Source: Schmidtea nova (Eukaryota). From it: a stretch of DNA of 64,000 bases. The notes beneath the pieces are model-generated. The model ran no database searches and was not told the DNA's origin. It saw nothing but the letters and a program-made list of their open reading frames with translations. Every line of letters begins with the position of its first letter. The stretch's first letter is position 1. Made by a program: the position numbers and the translations under genes. The stretch lies in the NCBI GenBank assembly GCA_044892505.1, contig CM097882.1, positions 394,258,001 through 394,322,000 of the forward strand, written 5' to 3'. This document shows positions 48,550 through 61,332 of the stretch, in pieces.

Positions 48550-49025
48550 TTCATTTCATTTTATTTTATTTTTTGTTTTGGTTAATTTTAATTTTTAATA
48601 ACAATTATTTTTTGTGTTAAATTTATTACCAAATATTTAAAATCGATTAGTTTTTTATAAAAATAAAAATAATTAATTTTTTATTTTATTTTTTGTTTTG
48701 GTTAATTTTAATTTTTAATAACAATTATTTTTTGTGTTAAATTTATTACCAATTATTTAAATTTGATTAGTTTTTATTAAATAAAAATAATTAATTTTTT
48801 ATTTTATTTAATTTTTTGTTTTGCTTAACTTAAATTTTTAATAACAAATATTTTTTTTTGTGTTAAATTTATTAAAATAAAAATAATTAATTTTTTTTTT
48901 ATTTTATTTAATTTTTTGTTTTGGTTAATTTAAATTTTTAATAACAATTATTTTTTGTGTTAAATTTATTACCAAATATTTAAAATCGATTAGTTTTTTA
49001 TTAAAATAAAAATAATTAATTTTAT
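48550..49025. repeat. About 120-125-bp AT-rich tandem units; the right arm (49277-49995) has about two more units
   Basis: Mirror-coordinate sum shifts from 98301 at the centre to 98550 beyond the array. Confidence 0.85.
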
Positions 49026-52000
49026 TATCATAATTATTCTAAATTGATTTTGTTTTATTAATTGATTATACGTTTAAAATTAAAATTCAAAATAATTTTC
49101 TTTAATATTTTCCCGGCAACAATAATTAATTCGGAATTTGATATATATTCGAATATATATCAAATTCCGAATTAATTATTGTTGCCGGGAAAATATTAAA
49201 GAAAATTATTTTGAATTTTAATTTTAAACGTATAATCAATTAATAAAACAAAATCAATTTAGAATAATTATGATAATAAAATTAATTATTTTTATTTTAA
49301 TAAAAAACTAATCGATTTTAAATATTTGGTAATAAATTTAACACAAAAAATAATTGTTATTAAAAATTTAAATTAACCAAAACAAAAAATTAAATAAAAT
49401 AAAAAAAAAATTAATTATTTTTATTTTAATAAATTTAACACAAAAAAAAATATTTGTTATTAAAAATTTAAGTTAAGCAAAACAAAAAATTAAATAAAAT
49501 AAAAAATTAATTATTTTTATTTAATAAAAACTAATCAAATTTAAATAATTGGTAATAAATTTAACACAAAAAATAATTGTTATTAAAAATTAAAATTAAC
49601 CAAAACAAAAAATAAAATAAAAAATTAATTATTTTTATTTTTATAAAAAACTAATCGATTTTAAATATTTGGTAATAAATTTAACACAAAAAATAATTGT
49701 TATTAAAAATTAAAATTAACCAAAACAAAAAATAAAATAAAATAAAAAATTAATTATTTTTATTTAATAAAAAACTAATCAATTTTAAATAATTGGTAAT
49801 AAATTTAACACAAAAAATAATTGTTATTAAAAATTAAAATTAACCAAAACAAAAAATAAAATAAAATAAAAAATTAATTATTTTTATTTTAATAAAAAAC
49901 TAATCGATTTTAAATATTTGGTAATAAATTTAACACAAAAAATAATTGTTATTAAAAATTTAAATTAACCAAAACAAAAAATAAAATAAAATGAAATGAA
50001 AAGAGAAGATTTGATAAATAAATTTTATTCACATATATTTGTTTCTATAATTTTTCAAAACAGGTTTGACAACATCATTAAGAATAATTTTCATTACTTC
50101 TTGTTTAAACATATTTTTGTTCGAAGATTCAAGAATAAAATATTAAAAAATAATCATTCAAAATTAATTAAACTTACTTTTAAGTTGATGCATTTTTAAT
50201 GAAATCTGTAATTTTTAATCAATTTATATATATATATATATATGTTTTCATAATTCAAATTGACCAATCAGATTTCGTTTAACATAATTTGCCCTTTGTG
50301 AATAAATTGATTATTTTTTCTTATTATATCTACTTTTATAAATTTCATAATGAACATTCGAAACAGATTTAATGTTGCAAAATTATTACGTGTTAATAAT
50401 AAAAATAATAAAAATATTAATATTAATAATTCACTAAAAATATTTAAAATGAAAAATTAATAAATATTTTGGTAAAATTCATTATTAACAATTATATTCA
50501 GTATCAGAACCTTTCTAGCAGAACCTTTGGTAACAGAACCTCTTTTGTGATGGTTTTTACCTGTAAAAGATTCATATTGTATATTCACTTATATACTATT
50601 ATTGTTACATTTTCATTAAATTTATCACGTAGCAGAACCTTTCTAGCAGAACCTTTGGTAGCAGAACCTCTTTTGTGATGGTTTTTACCTGTAAAAGATT
50701 CAAATTATATTTTCATGATTGCAGTTTATGTGAAACCCGATAAAATACACATGTTTGAACCAATGGGATTTTATTATCCATCGCTATTGATGAAAAACAT
50801 ATCGTCAATGTTGATGTGAATTGGAAATAATAGAATCTGATACTAGAATCCAATAACAAAAACACTTGGTAGTACTGTTTAGCATGGTTAATAAAAATGT
50901 TTAATAAATAAATATTTGTATTGAAATTTGAATTAATTTTTATTATTTTTAGAATTAATTGAATATTTATTTATTTATTCTTTTAAATTATCAGAGTGAA
51001 GAAATAAATTGAACATGTAATAGGAAGTAACAAAAAATATTTCATTAGTTGCTTATTTATCATTTTAATATGTTTACCTAGTTAACAGAGTTTTTTATAA
51101 TGATTTTTAAATTACTTATACATGTTAGTTATCAAGTGAAGAAATAAATGAACAATGATTTCAATAGAGCTTTGAATTAAAAGTCATTTGCATTTTAAAT
51201 ATATTCGAAATTTTAATAACTTTAATTAATAAAAAATTTCATTTTAACTACGTAGATATTAGTATACCTTTTTGAAAACTGATAATCAACTAAAGATTAA
51301 TTAAATTATTCAAAGTAATAAATTTAATTTTATGACACGATATTTAGAATCAGTTAGTTTTAAATATCTTATCTAATTAATGCGAAGAGTTAATTGATAC
51401 GTGGAACAATTTCCTTAGAGTGAAGATTTATTTGTTTAATATATAGAGTCAGTTGGTATCCAATTAGTTGATTTAACTAGTAGATTGTGGATAGAATCAA
51501 TTGATATTTAATAATTAACTAGTCTGTTGTTGATTTATGAATAGTTAGTTGGTTAATGAGAAGAGTTAGTTGGGAAGTAAGGAATTGGTTAGTTAGTTAG
51601 TTAGTTAGTTGGTTAATGTAGTTGGTTGGTTGGTACAAGAATAATGAATAGAACTAGTTGGTTAGTAAGAGATTAGTATGTATAGCTAGTTAGTTGGTTA
51701 GTGTAGTTGGTTGGTTAGTATAGATAAAGTTAGTTGGTTAATGTATAGAACTAGTTGGTTAGTAAGGAAGTGGTTGCTGGTTAGTTAGTTAGTTAGTTAC
51801 TTGGTTAATGTATAGAACTAGTTGGTTAGTAATGAATTGATTGCTGGTTAGTTAGTTAGTTAGTTACTTGGTTAATGTGAAGAGTTAGTTGGTTGATGTA
51901 TAGAACTAGTTGGTTAGTAAGGAAGTGGTTGCTGGTTAGTTAGTTAGTTGGTTGGTTAATGTATAGAACTAGTTGGTTAGTAATGAATTGATTGCTGGTT

Positions 52001-55000
52001 AGTTAGTTAGTTAGTTACTTGGTTAATGTGAAGAGTTAGTTGGTTGATGTATAGAACTAGTTGGTTAGTAAGGAAGTGGTTGCTGGTTAGTTAGTTAGTT
52101 GGTTGGTGATTTGTGAATAAAGTTAGTTGGTTAATGTATAGAACTAGTTGGTTAGTAAGGAATTGTACTATTTGTTAACTAAGGGGATTGGATTATTTGA
52201 TATATAGGCAATAGGAAGTGATTGACACATGGAACAATTTCCTAGTTGGTTAATATATAGAATCAGTTGGTAACTTGTAAGTAACTAGTCGATTGTTGAT
52301 TTGTGGATAGAGTCAGTTGGCATTTGATCAGTTACTAGTCAGTGGTTTATTTGTGTGTGTAATGAGATTATTAGTTATTTGATCGGTTTATTGCTGGTAC
52401 TTAGNNNNNNNNNNNNNNNNNNNNNNNNNNNNNNNNNNNNNNNNNNNNNNNNNNNNNNNNNNNNNNNNNNNNNNNNNNNNNNNNNNNNNNNNNNNNNNNN
52501 NNNNNNNNNNNNNNNNNNNNNNNNNNNNNNNNNNNNNNNNNAATTATTACGTTTATTTTTAAAAATTTATGTCATTAATTGATATTTTTTTTTTAACTTA
52601 GTATACAAAATTGTAAAAACTCTTGTTTAATAACTATTTTTATTCTAAATAAATTCAATATTTACATGTGTTTTATTTACTACATTTGATCATTTCCTTA
52701 AAAAACATCATATTGAAAAACAATTAGATTTGTATTTATTAATTAAAAAATTTTCATTGATTTTATTGCTAAAAAATTCTACATTGACCTTATTGTTAAT
52801 AAATTTTACTTTAAAAAATTTCAAAAATAATTAATTATTCTCACATTTTTCAAATATTACCTTAAACAGTTCCTTTAAAAGCAATTCTTTTTTAAATTAT
52901 GACATTAAAACTCACGTCTTTCTTAATTTACTTTTTTATTCTTAATTTACTTATATTTCTATTTATCATTAAATTCATAATTATTTTTAAAATTCTATCT
53001 TTAATTTATTTACTTTGATATTTTTCATAAATCCAGTACAAATTATTTTTAAATTCTAAGTTTAATTTACTTATTATTTCCATGCTTTTATTTAATGTAC
53101 CATTTTACTTGATAAATTAAATACAAAATAATGAGTGAATTATTTATTGAGTTTTGAAATTCGTATAGAATTTATTTACTTTTTTATTTAATTATCATAA
53201 ATTTATTTAGATTTAATTATTTAGTTTAAAAATTTTTATTTTAAATATTTCCACGTTTTTATATATTTTACCCTTTTTTACTGAGACTGTAATTTTACGT
53301 ATAAAATTTTGGTTTTTCATGATTTTAATTTTTTGACCTTTTTTGTTCACCATTCAATTCTCAGTAGATTGGTATAAAAATTATTGAATTCTGACAACTT
53401 TTTAATTTTTGGAATTTCCCCGAGTTGACTCTTTTTACGTGTAAAAATTGGATCGGAAAAGTCAAAATTTCATGTTTTTACTTTTTGAACCTTTTTTGTT
53501 CGCCATTCGATTCTCAGTAGATTGGTATAAAAATTATTTGATTCTGAGCATTTTTGATTTTTTGGAAATTCTCCGAGTTGACCCTTTTTACGTGTAAAAT
53601 TGGGTCGGAAAAGTCAAAATTTCATGTTTTTACTTTTTGAACCTATTTTGTTCCCCATTCAATTCTCAGTAGATTGGTATAAAAATTATTGAATTCTGAC
53701 CACTTTTTAATTTTTTGATTTTCGCCGACCAAAATATTATTTTCAAAAATACCAGACTAAAAATCATATTCAAAATTACCAGAGTCTATTTTTGCCTGAA
53801 GAAAATTTGGGAATTGAAAATCCTATTCAAAATAATTTCAATGTATTTTACTAGTTTAAAAAATTTACACGTGTTTTTTATTTACCATTAAAATTACAGT
53901 TCAAAATTATCAGAGTCTATTTTTGCTCTAGAAAAATATGGGAGTTGAAAATCCTATTCAAAATAATTTCAATGTATTTTAATAGTTTAAAAATTTACAC
54001 GTGTTTTTATTTACCATAAAAAATTTAGTTCAAAATTACCAGAGTCCCTTTTTTGCCCTAGAAAATATCTGGGAGTTGAAAATCTTATACAAAATACTTT
54101 AATGATAATTTACTTGTTTAAAAAATTTACACGTGTTTTTTATTTACCATTAAAATTTCAGTTCAAAATTACCAGAGTCCCTTTTTGCCCGAGAAAAATA
54201 TGGGAGTTGAAAATCCTATTCAAAATAATTTCAATGTATTTTAATAGTTTAAAAAATTTACACGTGTTTTTATTTACCATAAAAAATTTAGTTCAAAATT
54301 ACCAGAGTCTATTTTTGCCCTAGAAAAATATGGGAGTTGAAAATCCTATTCAAAATAACCAGACCAAAATCCTATACAAAAATACCAGTCCAAAATTTCA
54401 TGTATAAAAATTCCCTGTACAAAAAATCCAGAGTCCCTTTTTGCCATAGAAAATCTCGGAGTAGAAATTCCTATACAAAATTACCAGAGTAAAAATCCTT
54501 TACAAAAATAACCAGATCAAAAAATTAAAATTATTTAAATAAAAATTAAAATAAATAATTAAAATAAATTAATAAAAATTAATAAAAATAAATTAATAAA
54601 AATAAATTAATACAAATAAATTATTAAAAAATAAATTAATAAAAATAAATTAATACAAATAAATTAATACAAATAAATTATTAAAAAATAAATTAAAAAT
54701 AAATTAATACATATAAATTATTAAAAATAAATTAAAAATAAATTAATAAAAATAAATTAATACAAATAAATTATTAAAAAATAAATTAATAAAAATAAAT
54801 TAATAAAAATAAATTAATACAAATAAATTAATACAAATAAATTATTAAAAATAAATTAATAAAAATTAATTAATAAAAATTAATACAAATAAATTAATAA
54901 AAATAAATTAATACAAATAAATTAATAAAAATAAATTAATACAAATAAATTAATACAAATAAATTATTAAAAAATAAATTAAAAATAAATTAATACATAT

Positions 55001-56574
55001 AAATTATTAAAAATAAATTAAAAATAAACTAATAAAAATAAATTAATACAAATAAATTATTAAAAAATAAATTAATAAAAATAAATTAATAAAAATAAAT
55101 TAATACAAATAAATTAATACAAATAAATTATTAAAAATTAATTAATAAAAATTAATTAATAAAAATTAATACAAATAAATTAATAAAAATAAATTAATAC
55201 AAATAAATTAATACAAATAAATTAATACAAATAAATTATTAAAAAATAAATTAATAAAAATAAATTAATAAAAATTAATAAAAATAAATTAATACATATA
55301 AATTATTAAAAATAAATTAAAAATAAATTAATAAAAATAAATTAATACAAATAAATTAATAAAAATAAATTAATACAAATAAATTAAAAATAAATTAATA
55401 AAAATTAATACAAATAAATTAATAAAAATAAATTAATAAAAATAAATTAATACAAATAAATTATTAAAAAATAAATTAAAAATAAATTAATAAAAATAAA
55501 TTAATAAAAATTAATAAAAATAAATTAATACATATAAATTATTAAAAATAAATTAATAAAAATAAATAAAAATAAAAATTAATAAAAATAAATAAAAATA
55601 AATAAAAAAAAATAAAAAAAAAAATAAAAATAAATAAAGTCTTCATTTAAACAAAATAATAAAATTAAATTGACTTCATTTAAACAAAAAATCAAAATTA
55701 AAAAATTCACTTCATTTAAACAAAATTAAAAATTAAAAAAATTTTTTGGGGGGGTGGGGGGAGGGGGGGGAGGGGGGTCTGTTCCTGTTCTTGGGCGCTC
55801 CCCCTACTCTACTCAAGTTTTTTATACTATAATAAAATATCGTGATTCGTGAAAGAAATAAATTGAGTAAATAACATGAACAAATTCATACATTTAAATT
55901 ACGCCACATTATACATAACATTTAAGATCCAGACAATCATTTTGTATCATTCAGTCATATAATTTAGAAAACAATATAAATATGGATTTTTATAATTACA
56001 CCAAAGAACATAAATTAAGGGCCAGACAAGCAATAATTAAGGTATCTATAATCACAATTTAAATTATATACAAAAAAATATACATACCTACTGCAGATAA
56101 GGACAAAGATAAAAAGCATAGTCATAAATTACGGGCCTATACAATAGGAAAGATAAAAAATAAATTAAGTCAAAAAACACTTAAACAACACACAAAAACC
56201 CTATAATAAAAAATACGAACACATGGACATAATTTAAGTGACAATCTTTAATTAAGGGATTTTAAAATTAAAAAAATAAAGTGATTTTTGAAGATATTTC
56301 AGAACCTTCGTCAAAATCAACAATACTATTTATTGGAGAGGATTAAGGAGAAATGTAATTTACAATTATATTAAATAATTTTATAAAAATAATTTTTAGA
56401 AATGCAGAAAATGAAGTTATTGTGCCTCAACCAGCCGAATCTGTAGAAGAGAAACATCCAAAAACGAAAAATAAATTTTAATTTTTAATTTGTAACTCAA
56501 ATTTCATAGATCTACAGAATCTAATAAATAAATTACTAATAGATGTAATGAAACGCGGTGAAACGGTATAAAAT

Positions 56575-56650
56575 GATATAGTCGCTTTCTAAACCACATA
56601 GAAAGTGTATTTAGTAAATTAAAAGGGGCTATCAGAAAAGAAGTTTTGCG
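56575..56650 (+). pseudogene. Possible Tc1/IS630-like (DDE_3) transposase remnant
   Basis: YSRFLNHIESVFSKLKGAIRK resembles the YSPxLNPIExVWSxLK motif. Confidence 0.45.
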
Positions 56651-57447
56651 GCAATCAAAGGATGGAATACCATTGATTACAAAATTTGGATGGAATCAGT
56701 CAAAAGATTTGAAGAGAACGAATAAGAAAAAGGATCATATTTTCATTTAAAAATTATTATGATCATATAAAAAGGTTTTTCCTAAAGTCTTTATTCAAAG
56801 AGGAAATCTTGTGGGACATGCAAATAAGCACGTGTAATTTAATTACCGAATAAAAATTATAATGACTTACCTTTCAGTATTTCATAAATATCTAAAAAGT
56901 ATTTATAAAATAAATAGATATTTAACTTAAAATATTAAATAAAATATGTAATTAAATTAAGATATGTTAAAATAGCTTTAAATTAAAATCATAATAAATA
57001 GTAATTACTCACCAACTGCCTGTATAAATATCTTTGTGGCCCTTAATTACAGACTGTTGGTGTATACTATTTTTATTTTAGAGATTTTCATTTTTTAAAT
57101 AAAGACTAAATCAAAATTGCTTTTAAACTGAAATAGAAAAATGAACTTTGTTAATTCAAAACAGGAGTCTTATAGATCGTGTATAGAGTCAATAAATGTG
57201 ATAAAAGCAATGCCGAACACTTTTGTAACCGCAAATTCGATGAATATATTACTGAATTTGCATTCAGAAGTTGAAAAAGGATATTTTTCTTTAGGGGAAT
57301 GGTTAATCTACTTTTATGTTAAAACTGTATTTGCTACAGGCTCTACTCCCTTTCATGCTTTCATTAAATTATATTGTATATTTAATTTATCTTTAACAAT
57401 TTATGAAATGTATAATCATATTTTATTCTAATTTATTTATAATTTAG

Positions 57448-57813
57448 TCAATCTAGCAGGAGTTTCATCATTCGATTTAATGTTCAATAATAAATTTATC
57501 GAGCCTCCGTATTATAATCCTATTAAATTTTTCGACAATAATCTCACGACATGCATTGGAAATGCACTGGTATACTTCGTAGATTTAATGACACAAACCA
57601 AAATTGAAGGCATTGTTTTATATTCTAATAAGAAAATAAACAGTAAAATGCTGAATAATATTCAATTTTTAAAAACTTTAACCGATGTTTTCACTGAAGA
57701 TTGCCAATTTAATGCAACTAATAACTATTCCACCGCAATATGTCACCAACTAGGTCGCTATATAAAAATATCAAGTATAGATCTAATAGATCTTTGTGAA
57801 ATCCAAATTTATG
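57448..57813 (+). CDS. F5/8 type C / fucolectin-like exon of the kringle gene
   Basis: atttag acceptor, phase 1 (matches the 42222 donor); VNLA...C...ICHQLGRYIKI...LCEIQIYG; g|gtaaat donor. Confidence 0.7.
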
Positions 57814-58300
57814 GTAAATTATTATAATGTTATTTAATATTTTTTAATAAACTGTACAATAATAAATCCAACATGGCACTGAAATAATTAAAAATAAACG
57901 CCAATCCAAAATTATATTCCACACAATATATTTCAAGAAAATCATTCTTATAATCAAATGCTTTTCAGATGAACATTCTAATATTAATCAAATAAATAGA
58001 TTCATTTAAACAAATTAACCATAATTCTTAAATTTCACAAAATTTTATACTAAATTTTTTTTTAAATATAATGATTAATTTTCTCTTAAATTAATCTACT
58101 TATTTGATTTATATTAGAATGTTTGACTGAAAGGCACTCAATTATGAAGAGTTTCTTGAAATATTTTGTGCGGAATATTATTTTGGATTGTTGTGGTTTC
58201 TAAAATAATAATCTAATTTAATCATTATTAAAAATGAATTTTACTTTTATTAATCCTAAATAATTAATAAACAACTAGAGAATTGAAAGTCAGACTAGTC

Positions 58301-58717
58301 AAGGGGTCTCAAACACGCGGCCTGCGACGTTGTCTTTTGCGGTCCGAAACGAAGCACATGGATTTTGTAATTTAACCAACAAATAAAATCATGATTAGCT
58401 TTAAAATTTAGAACTTTCTTTTAAATTATTTTTTTTGAACGATTGCGTCTACTTACAACTCAATAATTCTACTAACATTATTGAAAACGGTTTATTTATT
58501 CTTTAACGTTTTTCATTTGTTTTATTAATGATAATTTGCATATTTAAAAATTTTTTAACCCATAGAAGAATAGTCTTAAAAAAATTTAAGTTTTACTTTC
58601 TTTACTACTAGATTTATGTGTTTTAATCATTGTATAAAGATTTAAAGTAGTGCGGCCCCTGGAGTTATGCTTTTAGTAACACACGGCCCGCGTTAGACTT
58701 TGAGTTTAAGACCCCTG
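58301..58717. mobile_element. hAT (Charlie-like) MITE, 417 bp
   Basis: Ends (A)AGGGGTCTCAAAC / GTTTAAGACCCCTG; 8-bp TSD GACTAGTC (58293-300, 58718-25). Confidence 0.88.
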
Positions 58718-59899
58718 GACTAGTCATATTTGAAATAATTGAAATACATGGTTTCAGTAAGTAGCGATTTTATAATGGAAATAAAAAAACCAATAAATTT
58801 ATATTAAAGGCGAAACAACGACTTATCCGTATGGAAAAAGAAATCATCAAATCATGTTACGCTCAATAGCGTTTTTATCAGAGGTTTCTTAAATTGATAA
58901 GTATAATAAATAAACACAATTGACTCGATTTCCATAATAAGAGATGGATAGATTTTAAATACAATTTTGCTTAACCATAATTTTTTATGGCTAATATGAA
59001 TTATTTCTGATAGGAAATCTTAGTTTTCCTAAATGAAATGGTAAGAGGGAAGACTAAGAATACGCTTCTCCAAGAGAAAAAAGCCAAATTTATACCAGAA
59101 AACGATGATGCATTTTAGAACTATGTAGTTTAAATGTTTGTTACGTGAGCTTCTGCTTTAACGACAGGAAAGAAAAAATTTCAACTCGTGAAAATGAATT
59201 TTTGAAAAAGCATGTTTCTAGAATTTTAAAGATTTGCTTATTTTATGGTATATAATAAATAGGTATTAATGAAAAGTTCGAATTTATTTGGCGTTTCTAT
59301 AAAGGAATTGTACAGTGCTTTCTTTAAATAATTATTAAAATAAGCTTGGGCATCCAGTTATGTCCCTAGGACACTTGGCGGAGGTTGCATCTCAACAATC
59401 TGAAAGAATACTCCTATGATCATAATAAATCAAACTTTAGTGTAGTTATTAAAATATATTTTAATTTAATTATTTGTATTGTGATTACTGTAATAGGGTA
59501 GAAAATATCGCAATTCGGGACTTCCACTTAATCCAAAAATAATTTTCTTGCTTCACATACTCTCAGGGTATCTTTCTAAATAACTGTTCACCTAAAACCT
59601 TCTACTAAAGGTCTTGATTCCTTATAATTTAAACCGCGCCAAAATAGGATCAATCATTTAAAATATAAGCAACCTTTCAGACGAAAGAAAAAATTCAAAA
59701 ATTTAAAATATGCAAAATTTAGATTTTAATGTTTTAAAAATTTGATTAACAGATATCATCAAATTTTAATGAAAATATTTTAGTAATTCATATAAAATGA
59801 TATACTAGTAGATTTAGAAAAAATAGATTTTTTAGAAAAAAACGATAAAAAACATGAATCAAACGGGTTAAACCGTTGATTTATAAGAACAGATAAAAA

Positions 59900-60330
59900 T
59901 CTCATAACAATGACATTGAAAAGTAGATGTGAAGGGAAAAAATACATGAACTGTTACATAGAATAGAATTGAGCATAAACAGCAGTCGAAAAAGCGTAAA
60001 GGTTTTAACCTCTGATTCTAACCTAAAGCTAACAGATTTACAAAGAAAAGAATTGATGGACGATAACTTTCATAATGCAACAAATGAGAGTTTTGGATGA
60101 GGCAAAGAGTAATGCATGATTTGTTGAAGAGGAGGCGGTGTTAGCACTCACAGAATCACAGAAAAGACACGGTTGGAATGCAATATGAAGGCCTGTACAA
60201 AATTATTAAATTTCTATCACCGCCTTGAGTTGAACTCTAAACTCAAGATTGGACAAAATAAAGACCACGTAATGGTGAAAGTAGTAGTAAAGATTTAGAA
60301 AGAAAGAGTTATATCGATAATTTAAATAAT
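59900..60330 (+). pseudogene. Possible highly degraded gypsy integrase C-terminus
   Basis: A stretch reading GLYKIIKFLSPP resembles the GPY/F motif; many stops. Confidence 0.3.
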
Positions 60331-60808
60331 TTGTTTGTTTGAATATCGACCTTTGTGATTATGTTTTAAATAAAAAGGATGTATATTAAAAGTTTTATAA
60401 CGAATAAATCTGATTTAACTCTTAAATTGCTTGTTATTACTATACTAGCTTGGAGCTAAATATTAAACAAACTCGTGCGATTTAGTTAATTATAATACAC
60501 TAAATCCTCGTTTTACGGCCTTTAAAATTTCTAAAATATTGGCCTGAAAGTGAAATGCTTCATAAAGAAGTAATTCAAATATCATCTCGTCTGTTTTCAA
60601 TTATGTTACGACTAAATTCTTTCTATGCTGTGGCCGTATATAGAATCTTAGACATGATTAAAGAATCCATATAAAGATGTATGAGTGTAACTAGATTTTG
60701 CAGTAATTAATTCTGACAATTAAAGATGCTCATTTAACTAATAATGTTTTAGTGGTTTTGGAAAATATAAATAAGTAAAACAAATGCTCATTTATTTCAA
60801 ATATTTAG

Positions 60809-61081
60809 TAATAGGAAATGAAAAGTGTTCTAATCGCGATGACAAATTTGATTTTGTTGGCAAACTTGATCATGATCAAAATGGGGTCAAATGTATAGAG
60901 TGGAATTCTTCTAGTGTAGCGTCACAATTTTCTGAACATGTGGTGTTTCCAGATAATGCCCTTGATACACATCAATTTTGTAGAACTCTGTATACAGAAA
61001 ATACATTGAAAATGTACAACTCAATCTGCTTTACAAATTGGACTGAACCATCTTTCTGTGATATTCCCAAATGTGAAACAG
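60809..61081 (+). CDS. Second kringle-domain exon
   Basis: Phase-1 acceptor (60809 or 60815); C...FVGKLDHDQNGVKCIEW...HQFCR...CFT...CDIPKC; g|gtattt donor. Confidence 0.8.
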
Positions 61082-61332
61082 GTATTTAAGATTTTCTTAA
61101 ATTTATGACTATTTGCACTTAAAAATAAATAATTTTATTGATAATTTTAAAATCAGAAAAGCCAGTGCTTTTATTCTTCCACAGTTTTGACTCAATTTAG
61201 TAAATATATAAATACTAGCTTTATTACCCGGCTTCGTCAGTATTAAATTCAAACTTATTCTTTTTTAATTTTAATGAGTTTTACATATCACATCCAATTT
61301 CTGCCAAATCATAAATATGCATATCTACTTGG

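Larger units (their letters stand above)
42741..55813. mobile_element. 13,073-bp spacerless palindrome with Polinton/Maverick-like termini; non-coding
   Basis: Ends AGTAGAGTAG...CTACTCTACT; 6-bp TSD CAAGTT (42735-40, 55814-19); centre ttc|gaa at 49150/49151; arms 6410 and 6663 bp. Confidence 0.8.

Noticed and set aside
44228-54323. Paired ORFs within the palindrome arms
   Set aside because: Short, low-complexity, repeat-derived frames duplicated only by the symmetry; no Polinton proteins are recognisable.
42741-55813. Pure assembly or read-hairpin artefact
   Set aside because: A direct 6-bp TSD at both ends, element-like termini and arm-specific repeat counts argue against it. It is not fully excluded without raw reads.
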